DNA of 33,583 nt from a virus (IMGVR_UViG_2684622669_000021:1-33583); one strand, 5' to 3'. Counted from the stretch's first letter, positions 8,699 to 17,935 are shown. Notes: generated by a model from the letters alone, not told the origin. Numbers and translations are program-made.

Positions 8699-11169
8699 CA
8701 GAATCCCCCAACAGTAAAGCGAGGAATAACGGCAAGAACAGACAGCGGCAACGGGTCAAGCTGACGGATTTTTACACGTCCGTTTTTTCCCCAGTTACTG
8801 TCAAGTTTCACTTCTACTTTTCCGGTAGCGTCATCAACAGGATCATCGTAGAACTCGAATTCACGCTGTGGATATTCGTACCATTTACCGCCGGGCGTAG
8901 TCGCCCAGATGCCGCGACTGGCATTCACAACCAGAGTAACGGACAGGATCACCTGTTTTTTGTCCAGCAGCGTTTCCTGTCCGTTAATGTTGATATCCAG
9001 TGTTTCGAATTCAGCAGTTATTGGCAGGCCGATGTGCACTACAGCCCCCGGAGATTCCAGCGTGACTGCACCTCCGGAAACCACTTTCTGTGGTTCCACG
9101 TTCGCATCAGAGAGAATGTTTACGGTCTGGCCTTCAAGATGAGACAGGCCTCCAAATGTCCGGCGCGCCATCTGCCAGTTCGTGGTGGCCACATTCCTGA
9201 GGGATGGCGGGACGTTCCTGTTAGCACGAACCACTACAGCGGTATTGCTGGTTACAGAAATAATGTCGCAACGTAATTCTTTTGACACTTCATCGCCAGT
9301 ATCAGGAACAGTTCCGGTATAAGGGAACTGTAGTTGCGCACCGACATCACTACTGGTGAAGTACGCACCACCAGAAACACTGATTGTATATTCCGCGCGG
9401 TAATCCCATTCGCCAGAACCACCAGTGATTGTCATCGTTCTGTCAGACATATTTCTTCCATCATAGCTAAGGCCAGAATCAACAAAGAAAGCGTCTTCAT
9501 CGCAGGTAAATAAACGGCTGGACAGTCTCTCGATGTATCTCACTGTTTGCCCGTTAACGGTTCGGTTAACGACGAAATACACCGCATCTTCATTGCCTTC
9601 GCTGATACTGCATGTGCTTTCATATTTTCCGGTACTGGATTGTGGTGCCCATGCAAAAACCTGCTGATCACGCAAATAGGTCATCACCAGTAATTTACCG
9701 TCATCACGAATGCAGAAGGCGCTGGAGTAAGGGACAATAGAGAAGCACCAGTCAACAATGCTGTGCTTCTGAAAAAGATGATTGGCAAGGATAGTAAGGT
9801 CGTTCCCCTGATATCCGTCAACATCGAATGAGTAGGCCAGATCACGTACAACACTGCCTTTCTCCTGGACGAACAGAGCAATATTCGCCACAGCAATTGG
9901 TGGGACGTTGCTTGAGCCATTTGATCCCTGAGAGCTGAATGCAAATGATGATGGGGTTAACACTTTGTTCTGGTCGCCGGTGATGACGTACTCACCTCCG
10001 GAAGTCAGCGCCACCAGCGAACCAACATCAATCAGGTGGCGGATCTCATTAACCTGACGCCCGGCATAGGTGTAGATAATTCTGTCGTCATCCTGCGTAG
10101 GATTGCTTTTGCCAAAATCCTTATAATCCCCGGTACGGCTGGCCCAGATAGTCTGAGGGAACGCAGTCGATGCGGCGAAGTAAAGACGTTGTTGATAATA
10201 AACAACAGTGCCAGGATAACCATTAACACTGTTCCAGGCATATTTAGCCCATTTATAGCTGGCATTATCCTCGCCAACGACCTGCGAAGGGATATAGGAA
10301 ATCACCTCGGCAGTTGCAGTAGTGCCGTTTACAGCAGTGATACGGGCAATGCCAAACCCACTGTGCAGATACTCCCACTCAATGCCAGTATCATCATCAC
10401 CGGATCCGCCCCAGCCATCCCATGATGTGCCTTCTGTATGCGAAGGGCGCAAAGTGCCTGTTTTGCCTGCTGTAACGGCGCGATAGTAGTTACTGTCTGC
10501 ACGGCGAATATCGCCAATCGATGTACTCTTACTGGTTTCCCATACCGGCACTGAATCCACTGCAGGCTGTTCCAGATAGAACAATTTGCCTACCTGCTCC
10601 GCGCCAAAAATAGAGGCGCTTGCCGTTAACGTAATTGTCCCGGTGCTGGCGCTGGCATAAACCGTCACTGACTCGTCAATATTGATATCTTCAAATGGCC
10701 CGTTCTTCGTTATCACATCAACCAGTTGCCAGTTGTCATGCGCATAGCGGCGCAACTCCTTCGGCGGGTATGCCGGGTGAACCAGCGTAAGCACGTCTGC
10801 GCTTTGCGTGAATTTAATTCGGAACAGATCGGCTTCAGTATATGGCGTGGCAATTTCATAAATAACATTGCTGCTGTTCAGCACCAACGCACCATCTTTG
10901 ATAACGCGCATGTACTGGTGTCCGAACTCCAGAGCATAGGTCTGAACCGTCGAGAACTGGAACGGGATCAGACGGCATTTCCGATTTGGGTATTTGGCGG
11001 CACCGACAAAACGCGTACCAGGTCGATTCTCAACGCCGCCATACTGCCGCACGATAAAATTATCGCACTTGCGCAATGCCACCTGGTACTTCGCCATGTC
11101 GATACGTCCGTACAACGACGGTCCAATCTCACCACCAGCAAAGCTGGGCTGGATCCAACTGATAGCCAT
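8698..11169 (-). CDS. Tail tubular protein B-like (nozzle/hub) protein, 823 aa
   Basis: 823 aa, immediately downstream of the 201-aa adaptor-like gene. Size and order match T7 gp11/gp12. N-terminus MAISWIQPSFAGGEIGPSLYGR loosely resembles the gp12 N-terminus. Confidence 0.5.
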   Translation of the reverse strand: MAISWIQPSFAGGEIGPSLYGRIDMAKYQVALRKCDNFIVRQYGGVENRPGTRFVGAAKYPNRKCRLIPFQFSTVQTYALEFGHQYMRVIKDGALVLNSSNVIYEIATPYTEADLFRIKFTQSADVLTLVHPAYPPKELRRYAHDNWQLVDVITKNGPFEDINIDESVTVYASASTGTITLTASASIFGAEQVGKLFYLEQPAVDSVPVWETSKSTSIGDIRRADSNYYRAVTAGKTGTLRPSHTEGTSWDGWGGSGDDDTGIEWEYLHSGFGIARITAVNGTTATAEVISYIPSQVVGEDNASYKWAKYAWNSVNGYPGTVVYYQQRLYFAASTAFPQTIWASRTGDYKDFGKSNPTQDDDRIIYTYAGRQVNEIRHLIDVGSLVALTSGGEYVITGDQNKVLTPSSFAFSSQGSNGSSNVPPIAVANIALFVQEKGSVVRDLAYSFDVDGYQGNDLTILANHLFQKHSIVDWCFSIVPYSSAFCIRDDGKLLVMTYLRDQQVFAWAPQSSTGKYESTCSISEGNEDAVYFVVNRTVNGQTVRYIERLSSRLFTCDEDAFFVDSGLSYDGRNMSDRTMTITGGSGEWDYRAEYTISVSGGAYFTSSDVGAQLQFPYTGTVPDTGDEVSKELRCDIISVTSNTAVVVRANRNVPPSLRNVATTNWQMARRTFGGLSHLEGQTVNILSDANVEPQKVVSGGAVTLESPGAVVHIGLPITAEFETLDININGQETLLDKKQVILSVTLVVNASRGIWATTPGGKWYEYPQREFEFYDDPVDDATGKVEVKLDSNWGKNGRVKIRQLDPLPLSVLAVIPRFTVGGF

Positions 11170-11774
11170 CAGGACAACCTCGCAATGGTAAACTCATCAA
11201 CCGGTGGCTGTGGTTCCTGTGATTCATTCTGGCTATGCGAGCCAGCACTAAGAATCACGCGATTGTACATATTGAGGGCAAACGTACCGAGGTCTGCATT
11301 CCCAGTCAGCGCCATGTTAATAGCTGCCGCAAGACGCCAGGCCAGCGCCTCCATAAAAATGGCATCAAACATGTTCACATCTGTAACGCGAGAGACATAC
11401 TTGAGCCATGCCTGCGGCTGGTCTGTGTAGATCAATTTTCCTGTTCCGTTGGTGTCTGCACCAACTTCGTACTGAACGCGCATTGCTGCTGTTGGATTAC
11501 GTACACCAGGAAGCATAATTTCAGTAATGCGCAGACAATCGGACGGGTACTGGTACGCATATTCCCAGTCAGGCGGTGGATTGCTCGTATCTGCAAGCTC
11601 CACGCGTTTGGTAGCAAAGTTCCAGTCAAAATCAGAAAGAACAGCATCACGGCAGGCCTCAAAGTGCAGCGAACATTCCCCCGCTTCCTTGCTGGCTTCC
11701 GTCAGGCTGTTAATGCTGCGGCTGTTGCCAATATTGGACAGCGCACGATTGCAGATCTCTACTACAGAGGCCAT
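11169..11774 (-). CDS. Tail tubular protein A-like (adaptor/gatekeeper) protein, 201 aa
   Basis: 201 aa. The N-terminal pattern ...ICNRALSNIGNSRSINSLTEASKEAGEC...DFDWNF resembles the T7 gp11 N-terminus (...VNDILASIGEPPVSTLEGD...RGWTF). Start overlaps the upstream stop. Confidence 0.45.
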   Translation of the reverse strand: MASVVEICNRALSNIGNSRSINSLTEASKEAGECSLHFEACRDAVLSDFDWNFATKRVELADTSNPPPDWEYAYQYPSDCLRITEIMLPGVRNPTAAMRVQYEVGADTNGTGKLIYTDQPQAWLKYVSRVTDVNMFDAIFMEALAWRLAAAINMALTGNADLGTFALNMYNRVILSAGSHSQNESQEPQPPVDEFTIARLS

Positions 11775-12103
11775 TACTCCCCCCCATTGCCGTACAGAGT
11801 TTCAGCCGCTGATTTTTCTACATCCCCGGAAACAGGAGCGATCGCCATATCAGTGATCTGCAGATCGGCGCTGCGATTAACACCATCGTCAGTTTCTCTG
11901 GCAGACAGGCCTCGAATAACAGCCTTTGCAGTTATCATCACTTCTGTTCCGACGCCCTGAGGTTGCGCCTTCAGCTTATTCAATGTGTCGTTATTCAGCG
12001 TGATGCACAGCCCCCACGGGTATTCATCGCGAGTTCTGGTTTCTCCGCTCTCATCCTGGTAGCTGTCAGTGCCGGTTTTGAGGTTTACGAGTTCCATATA
12101 CAC
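11774..12103 (-). CDS. Small head/neck protein (109 aa), function unknown
   Basis: AGGAG RBS 6 nt upstream of the ATG at 12103. Lies between the capsid and tail-tubular genes. Confidence 0.5.
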   Translation of the reverse strand: MYMELVNLKTGTDSYQDESGETRTRDEYPWGLCITLNNDTLNKLKAQPQGVGTEVMITAKAVIRGLSARETDDGVNRSADLQITDMAIAPVSGDVEKSAAETLYGNGGE

Positions 12104-12147
12104 TCCTGCAATAAAGGGGCCGAAGCCCCTTGTCTGATTCGCGAGGC

Positions 12148-12483
12148 TTACACGCCCAGTTCTTTACGCTTATCTGCGATCTTCTCGCGGAGCGTTTCTG
12201 CTTTGGCGTTATGGTGTGGCTTCTCGTTAAAGAGCAATTCGTACTCTTCACGGAGCTTATCCAGTTCACCATCATCTGACGCATCGTTGATGATTTTGGT
12301 GCTGGTTGCTGCCATTGACACCTTTCCTGCAACTTTTGCTTTTGCCTGTCTGGCTGCATCGTTAACAGGTTCCAGTGCGCTACCAGGCTCACCTTCGTAT
12401 TCGATTTCTGCTCCCTCCGGCCACAGTGTGTTATGGATATGAGAGAGGCGCAGAACGCGGTATCTTGGTTTCTCACCAGACAT
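12148..12483 (-). CDS. Small charged head-associated protein (111 aa), function unknown
   Basis: Start placed at the ATG at 12481-12483, preceded by AAGGTGA. Lys/Glu-rich helical protein. The overlapping track ORF 12066..12476 in another frame is treated as spurious. Confidence 0.5.
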   Translation of the reverse strand: MSGEKPRYRVLRLSHIHNTLWPEGAEIEYEGEPGSALEPVNDAARQAKAKVAGKVSMAATSTKIINDASDDGELDKLREEYELLFNEKPHHNAKAETLREKIADKRKELGV

Positions 12484-12493
12484 CGATATCACC

Positions 12494-12931
12494 TTAACCA
12501 GTTATTTTTGAGCGGATCGGGTACGGTGTATTGGCATCAACATCCAGACTGATACCCGCAGTGAATTTGCCGGCCGTTAGTGGGCCAGTTGCGACGGAGT
12601 AGTTAACACGCAAATATCGCTGAACACCGGCAGGCACCTTTGCAGAGACAACTCGTTTACCTGCTGTCAGAGTGGCCTTTGCCAGTGCGCCACTATCATA
12701 AATAGTGGTCCAAGAGCTGTTATTCTCACTCGTCTGCAACTGGATGTTTACAGTTGCCTCACCACTTGCCGTGGCGGCTTCGTTAACCAGCGCCCAAAAC
12801 TCAAGCGGGTAACCCACGCCGATATCGCGACGGTTTCCATCAATTGGGCCGAGATCGATTACGTCAGTAGAAGCCGCGGTATCAGTTACCGCCTGTGCTT
12901 CGGAGAACATCAACAGTTTGTCGGTGATCAT
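12494..12931 (-). CDS. Putative capsid decoration/accessory protein (145 aa)
   Basis: GGAGAAAG RBS. Ser/Thr/Ala/Gly-rich composition typical of beta-rich capsid accessory proteins. Immediately downstream of the major capsid gene. Confidence 0.45.
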   Translation of the reverse strand: MITDKLLMFSEAQAVTDTAASTDVIDLGPIDGNRRDIGVGYPLEFWALVNEAATASGEATVNIQLQTSENNSSWTTIYDSGALAKATLTAGKRVVSAKVPAGVQRYLRVNYSVATGPLTAGKFTAGISLDVDANTPYPIRSKITG

Positions 12932-12982
12932 CTTCTTTCTCCATTAGTGGGTCTGTTACGACCCACAGGTTAATAACAGGCG

Positions 12983-13969
12983 TTACACCACGCGGGCTTC
13001 TGTTTCCAGAAGCGCATCAGTTTCACGGATTGGTACACCACGGAATGAAGTCCACCACTCGCCTTCAGTCTCTTTTACGCTGATAGCCAGAGATGTTTTC
13101 TCCAGAGACTGCAGATCAAGAGCCTGGCCTACAGTGCGGTTCATGTAGAACACCGGGCGGCCCATGCCACGGTTTGGAATGCGATGCAGTGCTTTAACCA
13201 TCAACTTCGCAATATTTGCGGCAGAGGAAGGTTCTGAAAGATTGCTGACATCGATGTTTGCAATGCGAACAACATAACGCCAGTCACGCAGAACAAGTCC
13301 GTTGTCCCATTTGTAATGGGTGCGATAGCCTTCGTACTTGCCGCCATTAGCATCTTCCAGTGTCACCTGGCCTTTATCTTCCATCTGAATGCCAGCCTTC
13401 TGCCCTTTCGGGAAGATGCCATGCACGGTGTTTTCTCCCCACACTACTAACCAGATTGAGGTGTTATCTGTACCCGTGCCACCAGCATCAATGATGTTCT
13501 GAGCATTACCCGCAGACAGGCTGGAATAGCGGGAGGACAGTCCCATAAACTGCTGAGGGTTAACGCTGGAATCACCATAAAACAGCGTCTGCGCCATCTG
13601 CTGATTCATCGCTTCAATAAATGCGCGGTCTTCAGACAGGCGGAATTCGGCGGTATTACCGTTCAGATCAGCCAGTGACTTATCGACTTCAGCATAGGTT
13701 TCCAGCATGCCAACGGAGTCGGTGACCTGCACTGTGGTTGATTTGCTTGGCTGTACGCCATAGTTCAGCAAACGCCAGGTAGCTGAAGGTAAACCAGAAC
13801 GAATGGTGGTTCGGTGTCCGGTAGGAAGGTTCCCTTCGACAAAAGGCATATCCTGAAGGATCGGGTTAGTTTGACCGAGAAGCTCGATAATCTTATCGAC
13901 TTTCCCGTTTTGATCGACGCGCTTACCCCAGTCAGCCAGCGTTAGCGCAGTTAAGCCTTTAACAGCCAT
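12983..13969 (-). CDS. Major capsid protein (328 aa)
   Basis: Position right after portal and scaffold. Size typical of HK97-fold capsid proteins. Strong RBS (AGAGAGGAAATAACA-ATG). Confidence 0.7.
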   Translation of the reverse strand: MAVKGLTALTLADWGKRVDQNGKVDKIIELLGQTNPILQDMPFVEGNLPTGHRTTIRSGLPSATWRLLNYGVQPSKSTTVQVTDSVGMLETYAEVDKSLADLNGNTAEFRLSEDRAFIEAMNQQMAQTLFYGDSSVNPQQFMGLSSRYSSLSAGNAQNIIDAGGTGTDNTSIWLVVWGENTVHGIFPKGQKAGIQMEDKGQVTLEDANGGKYEGYRTHYKWDNGLVLRDWRYVVRIANIDVSNLSEPSSAANIAKLMVKALHRIPNRGMGRPVFYMNRTVGQALDLQSLEKTSLAISVKETEGEWWTSFRGVPIRETDALLETEARVV

Positions 13970-13983
13970 TGTTATTTCCTCTC

Positions 13984-14679
13984 TTATTTGCCATAGAGCA
14001 CTTCGGCCGCACTACGCTGGCCTTCATTACCACCGGTGACCATGCCATCTTCAGACATCGCCTTTCCGATTTTCACGAACGTTTTGACCAGATCAGGGTG
14101 ATTACCCAGTCCGGTTGTGTTCAGATATTCTTTGAGTTCAGGTGTCCCGAACTGGTCAAGCGCACGCTGTGCGGCGCTAAGGTTAGAAATCAACTTGTCG
14201 CCACCGATTTCTTTGTCAGCTTTTACATCAGCAGCCCACTGCTCGGTCGTTTTCTGCCAGGCTTCTGCCTGACGCTGCTGCACACCTACCAGAATCTTCG
14301 GATAAGCATCAACCAGCTTTTGCGCTTGCTCGTTGGTCAGGTTAAGTTCTCGCGCTACCGGCTCGAATTCCTTCAACGCATCTGTATCCAGCTCTACGCC
14401 TTCGGCAGCATGAAATTGGTACTTCTCCGGCGCACCATCTGGTTTATCGCCGTCCTTTTTTTCATCCTGCTTATCGTTTTCAAGCTTTTTGTCATCAGCA
14501 GGTTTATCGCCATCAGCAACAGGTTGTGGCTTATCACCTTCCTGTTGTGATGGATCACCAACTGGAGCAGGGTTATCACCTGCAGGCGCTGACGGTTCTG
14601 ACGCAGCCGGAGCTGCTCCACCATCGACTGGTTGCTCATTGCAAAGACGGCGATACAGCAAACGCTCAAATAAATTCAT
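13984..14679 (-). CDS. Scaffolding protein (231 aa)
   Basis: Lies between portal and capsid. Acidic Pro/Asp/Lys-rich low-complexity N-terminus (PAASEPSAPAGDNPAPVGD...DGDKPADDKKLENDKQDEKKDGDKPDG) followed by a helical domain. Start reassigned to the ATG at 14677-14679 after an AGGAG RBS. Confidence 0.65.
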   Translation of the reverse strand: MNLFERLLYRRLCNEQPVDGGAAPAASEPSAPAGDNPAPVGDPSQQEGDKPQPVADGDKPADDKKLENDKQDEKKDGDKPDGAPEKYQFHAAEGVELDTDALKEFEPVARELNLTNEQAQKLVDAYPKILVGVQQRQAEAWQKTTEQWAADVKADKEIGGDKLISNLSAAQRALDQFGTPELKEYLNTTGLGNHPDLVKTFVKIGKAMSEDGMVTGGNEGQRSAAEVLYGK

Positions 14680-14681
14680 GA

Positions 14682-14978
14682 TCACTCCTGTTCACTGGCC
14701 TCTTTGGCCATCTTCAAATACTGTTCAGGGCAATGCGCCATAACGCGCTGAAACAGTTCCAGCGCCAGATTGCGTTGCCCCTCATTAAATGCCATTGCCA
14801 TAGCGTCCATCGGTGAGATAGCGGAAAACACACGGCCTTTCTCCAGCACCGACCAGACAACGCGACGCCCCTGTTCACTGCTCATGACAAAGCGAATGTC
14901 ATCAATTTCACGCTGTGCCATGTCACGTTGCTTACGGGCGTTTTCTTCTTTCAGTTGATCGTCTTCGTAATCTGTCAT
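14682..14978 (-). CDS. Small head-assembly-associated protein (98 aa), function unknown
   Basis: ATGA overlap with the portal stop. Acidic N-terminus. Confidence 0.5.
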   Translation of the reverse strand: MTDYEDDQLKEENARKQRDMAQREIDDIRFVMSSEQGRRVVWSVLEKGRVFSAISPMDAMAMAFNEGQRNLALELFQRVMAHCPEQYLKMAKEASEQE

Positions 14979-16654
14979 TGTGATTGCCCACCCTGACCAC
15001 TAACTGCATTCACCATAGCTGACAAAACACTCGGATCCGAAGTTTTAGCTTCGCTTAGCGTCTTGGCACCCTGTGCCGCCGCCATCCCCATCGCCATCAT
15101 TTGTTGCTGCTGTTGCTGCTGTGCCCGTTGCTGGCGAGCCTGCTCAACCTGTTCCTGCGGAACAATGACGGTTGGAGACACTCCGGACATATCAGCGAAT
15201 GCATCGATCGCCTGATCAACGTTGAGTTTGTCGAGAGCTTCTGGTTTCGCTTGCGCAAGTTGACCAATGAAGTTAACCGTGGACGCCAGACTGGACAGGC
15301 CGATAGACTTCTGCGCCTGAGCCATGACGGAAATGTATTCGACCTTCAGGGGCATGCCTTCCATCGCGTCAGGCGGTGGCGGAAGCATGTTTTTACGCAC
15401 CATCATCGAGAAAGCGCGGTCAATGAGAGGATTAAGACATTCATCGTTCAGACGCTCCAGAACCGGCCCCAACATCAGAAGTTTTTCTTCTTTCATTTCG
15501 ATCACCGCTTCAACAGGCATCGAGCGGGTATTGATGTTCTGTAACATCATGAACAGATCGACAAAGTAGGCGCTGTTAATGATTTGACGAGTGTCCTGAA
15601 TGTCTGCCACCAAATCTGCTGTACTGGGGTTAACCAGATAAGCAGGCCTGAAACCATCCTGACCAGTAATCTGATCGATATACGTGATGTCGCCAGGAAG
15701 AAGGGAGGCACGCTGATTCTTGAGGGAAGTCGGAGCAACCATCGGCGGATTGGTGGCTTTATCAATCAACTGCGACTTGCGCTTCTGGAGAAGCTGCAAT
15801 GCCTTAACAGGTCCAAGCGCCAGCATGCCCGGGCATGATGATCCATAAACATCTTCGCCGTTAACTTCCCAGCGCGGAGCCATAATTGGAAACTCATCGA
15901 ATCCGGATTCACGTAACAACTTGTCGTTGTCGCCGCCAACCTCGTAATAAACCGATTTGAATGGCTTGTTCTTGCTATCCAGCTTCGATGTATCGCGGTC
16001 AATGTTCGGGTAAACCGAATGCATAACTTCAATCCACTTCTCGTAGGTGCCGCTTTCCCACATGCTTTTTACGGATTCGCTAACGTTATTTAGCCCGAAC
16101 TCCTGAACAAGCTGACGAACAGTCATAGAGAACTTGCGAAAACAGGTGTCCACACTGCCACGAGGTGAGTTAGCCAGGTAGTAACTGCCTATCGGGAATG
16201 GCATTGTGCGAATGATGTCCTCGTCATCCTCCAGCACCGCCATTGCACCAGTGCTGTATGTACCGAGGCTTCCGTATAACTGCGGCAGCGACTGGTAGAG
16301 ATTCGACTTATTGAACATATCGTTCATGCGGTTCTGCACCGCCTCAAGCCACAACTTAACAGGTCCATAATCCATCATTTCAGGATCTGGCGTAGCCAGG
16401 CGAAACCACGGACGCGCGGGGCTTGTGATGCCTGACATCATGCCGCTGGCGAGAGTGCGCGCCGCCATAGTCCCGGTCGAATCAATAATGCGTGTATTGC
16501 GCCGATCGTTACGGTTGACCTCAGAAGTCAGAAAGCGGGAACCACGCGGGTTGATGTAATCACTCAACTCGCGCCAGTGCGGCTCGAACGACTGACGCTC
16601 GCTTTCAAGTTGTGCGAACTGTTTGTTCAATCGCTCTTTAGTTGTTTCCGCCAT
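14975..16654 (-). CDS. Portal (head-to-tail connector) protein, 559 aa
   Basis: First large gene of the head module. C-terminal Gln/Ala/Met-rich tail (...QRAQQQQQQQMMAMGMAAAQGAKTL...) resembles the T7 gp8 connector C-terminus. AGGAGT RBS. Confidence 0.8.
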   Translation of the reverse strand: MAETTKERLNKQFAQLESERQSFEPHWRELSDYINPRGSRFLTSEVNRNDRRNTRIIDSTGTMAARTLASGMMSGITSPARPWFRLATPDPEMMDYGPVKLWLEAVQNRMNDMFNKSNLYQSLPQLYGSLGTYSTGAMAVLEDDEDIIRTMPFPIGSYYLANSPRGSVDTCFRKFSMTVRQLVQEFGLNNVSESVKSMWESGTYEKWIEVMHSVYPNIDRDTSKLDSKNKPFKSVYYEVGGDNDKLLRESGFDEFPIMAPRWEVNGEDVYGSSCPGMLALGPVKALQLLQKRKSQLIDKATNPPMVAPTSLKNQRASLLPGDITYIDQITGQDGFRPAYLVNPSTADLVADIQDTRQIINSAYFVDLFMMLQNINTRSMPVEAVIEMKEEKLLMLGPVLERLNDECLNPLIDRAFSMMVRKNMLPPPPDAMEGMPLKVEYISVMAQAQKSIGLSSLASTVNFIGQLAQAKPEALDKLNVDQAIDAFADMSGVSPTVIVPQEQVEQARQQRAQQQQQQQMMAMGMAAAQGAKTLSEAKTSDPSVLSAMVNAVSGQGGQSQ

Positions 16655-16668
16655 TTCAATGACTCCTG

Positions 16669-16875
16669 TTACTGACCAAGCAGCGTTTTACCGCTGGTAT
16701 TAGCGGTTGATGTGTCGCCCTGAGAACCGGTAAGCAGCGTAGAACTACGACCAGCAGCAGCGCGACGGCGACGTGTTTCTTCGTCGCGGGCATCAACAAC
16801 GGCGGCATCCTGCTCCTGTGGTGCTGCCTGAACTTCTGGTGTTGCAGGCACTGATGGTGAGCTACCCATGCACAT
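16669..16875 (-). CDS. Small low-complexity protein (68 aa) upstream of portal
   Basis: GGAG RBS before the ATG at 16875. Ala/Pro/Gln/Arg-rich composition gives weak coding support. Confidence 0.35.
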   Translation of the reverse strand: MCMGSSPSVPATPEVQAAPQEQDAAVVDARDEETRRRRAAAGRSSTLLTGSQGDTSTANTSGKTLLGQ

Positions 16876-17301
16876 ATCAATGACTCCGTACGCAATTAAA
16901 TTATTACCAATTTAACCATATATGATTTATTTATCGTAGACAGTTGACATTTAACGCACGAATTATTACCTTTCAGGTAACTAAAGAGTTCATTCCGGTT
17001 ACTAACCTGACTGGCTTGTCGTTAAATTGAACAGGTGGAGTGAGCTTTTATTTTGAGCAGTACGGCGTATGGCACATGCGCCGATAGCGGTCTGGATACG
17101 TTTAAGGGGCACCCTCCCTTGCTCGGGCAAACGAACCAGGTAGCCGGAATGTGCAAGTCGAGCGGTTTTATTCCGCGCACAGGGTTCACCATCCCGGCGA
17201 TTCGGTGTGACACCTCGGAAGAGACGAGGGTACAACGATGAGAGCATTTATGGAGCCGCGATAAAGTGTGGTGCCTTAACAGGCTAAGTGCTCTCAGCGT
17301 T

Positions 17302-17378
17302 GTGGCATTAGCTCAGTTGGACAGAGCAACCGCCTTCTAAGCGGTTGGTCGCAGGTTCGAATCCTGCATGCCGCGCCA
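17302..17378 (+). tRNA. tRNA-Arg, anticodon UCU (reads AGA), with encoded CCA
   Basis: Manual cloverleaf: acceptor GTGGCAT/ATGCCGC (one G-U pair); D-stem GCTC/GAGC; anticodon stem ACCGC/GCGGT with loop CTTCTAA (U33, anticodon TCT, A37); variable loop TGGTC; T-arm GCAGG-TTCGAAT-CCTGC; discriminator G; CCA. Related to but distinct from chromosomal argU. Confidence 0.9.
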
Positions 17379-17421
17379 GAATCACGCCTAAGGACCGTGA
17401 TGCCAGAAGTTCCAGGGGCTT

Positions 17422-17464
17422 GGCGGTGATGGTTTCCCTTGAAGGACTATCACCGCCCTTTTTA
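17422..17464 (+). terminator. Intrinsic terminator downstream of the tRNA
   Basis: Stem GGCGGTGAT...ATCACCGCC (9 bp) followed by CTTTTT. Confidence 0.7.
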
Positions 17465-17541
17465 CAGCAGGACGCCATTGCGATGACTTCATGCTGTAAA
17501 CCAGTACAGCCACGGAAGGCATAACTCATAGCTTCCAGTTC

Positions 17542-17566
17542 GCCCGGTTCGCCGGGCATTTTTTTA
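17542..17566 (+). terminator. Second intrinsic terminator
   Basis: Hairpin CCCGG-TTCG-CCGGG followed by CATTTTTTT. Confidence 0.7.
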
Positions 17567-17635
17567 CTTGAATTTTACCCTCAACAAACCAACATAGAAC
17601 TTGGCATTTGCCATAACTTTCACAAGGAGTCAGCC

Positions 17636-17935
17636 ATGAATGGTTGGAATAGAAAAAAGACTCAATATTTAGCTGAGTGCATCCACGAACACGAAAAAGC
17701 CGACGGAGTAACCTACGATCCTAACGGTATGGTTAGCTACTGGAACACAAAATATAACCTCGTTCCTGCTGAACAGTTGCCAGCATTACAAAATCAGGTA
17801 TCTCTCGAATTAGAAGCTCTACGCGGTGCTGAGACTAACCATGTAACAATTAGCAACATTGGTGCCGCTAAGTTTGGATTCGACTCTGTAATAGGGAATC
17901 ATCTACCTAACTTCGATCCGGAGCCAGTTAAGTAA
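17636..17935 (+). CDS. Orphan moron protein (99 aa), unknown function, opposite strand to the late operon
   Basis: Strong RBS (AAGGAGTCAGCC-ATG). More AT-rich than the flanks. Ends 11 nt from the convergent terL stop. No family recognised from MNGWNRKKTQYLAECIHEHEKADGVTYDPNGMVSYWNTKYN... Confidence 0.6.
   Translation: MNGWNRKKTQYLAECIHEHEKADGVTYDPNGMVSYWNTKYNLVPAEQLPALQNQVSLELEALRGAETNHVTISNIGAAKFGFDSVIGNHLPNFDPEPVK

Noticed and set aside
10726-11430. 234-aa plus-strand ORF
   Set aside because: Antisense to the tail tubular B-like and A-like genes, with no RBS. It would conflict with a tightly coupled operon.
12066-12476. 136-aa minus-strand ORF in an alternative frame
   Set aside because: Overlaps the better-supported 111-aa gene (12148-12483, with RBS). 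Its Arg/Ser/Cys/Gln-rich translation is not protein-like.
13969-14550. 193-aa plus-strand ORF
   Set aside because: Antisense to the scaffold gene, with a Phe/Leu/Ile-rich artefactual composition.
17002-17247. Short ORFs in the gap upstream of the tRNA (17002..17247 -, 17022..17213 -, 17053..17241 +)
   Set aside because: No RBS, mutually overlapping frames and low-complexity translations. The region is treated as non-coding.
17040-17300. Possible second tRNA or tmRNA-like element upstream of the tRNA-Arg
   Set aside because: No segment folds into a cloverleaf with a canonical T-loop (GTTCRANYC) and matching acceptor stem. Only small isolated hairpins were seen.
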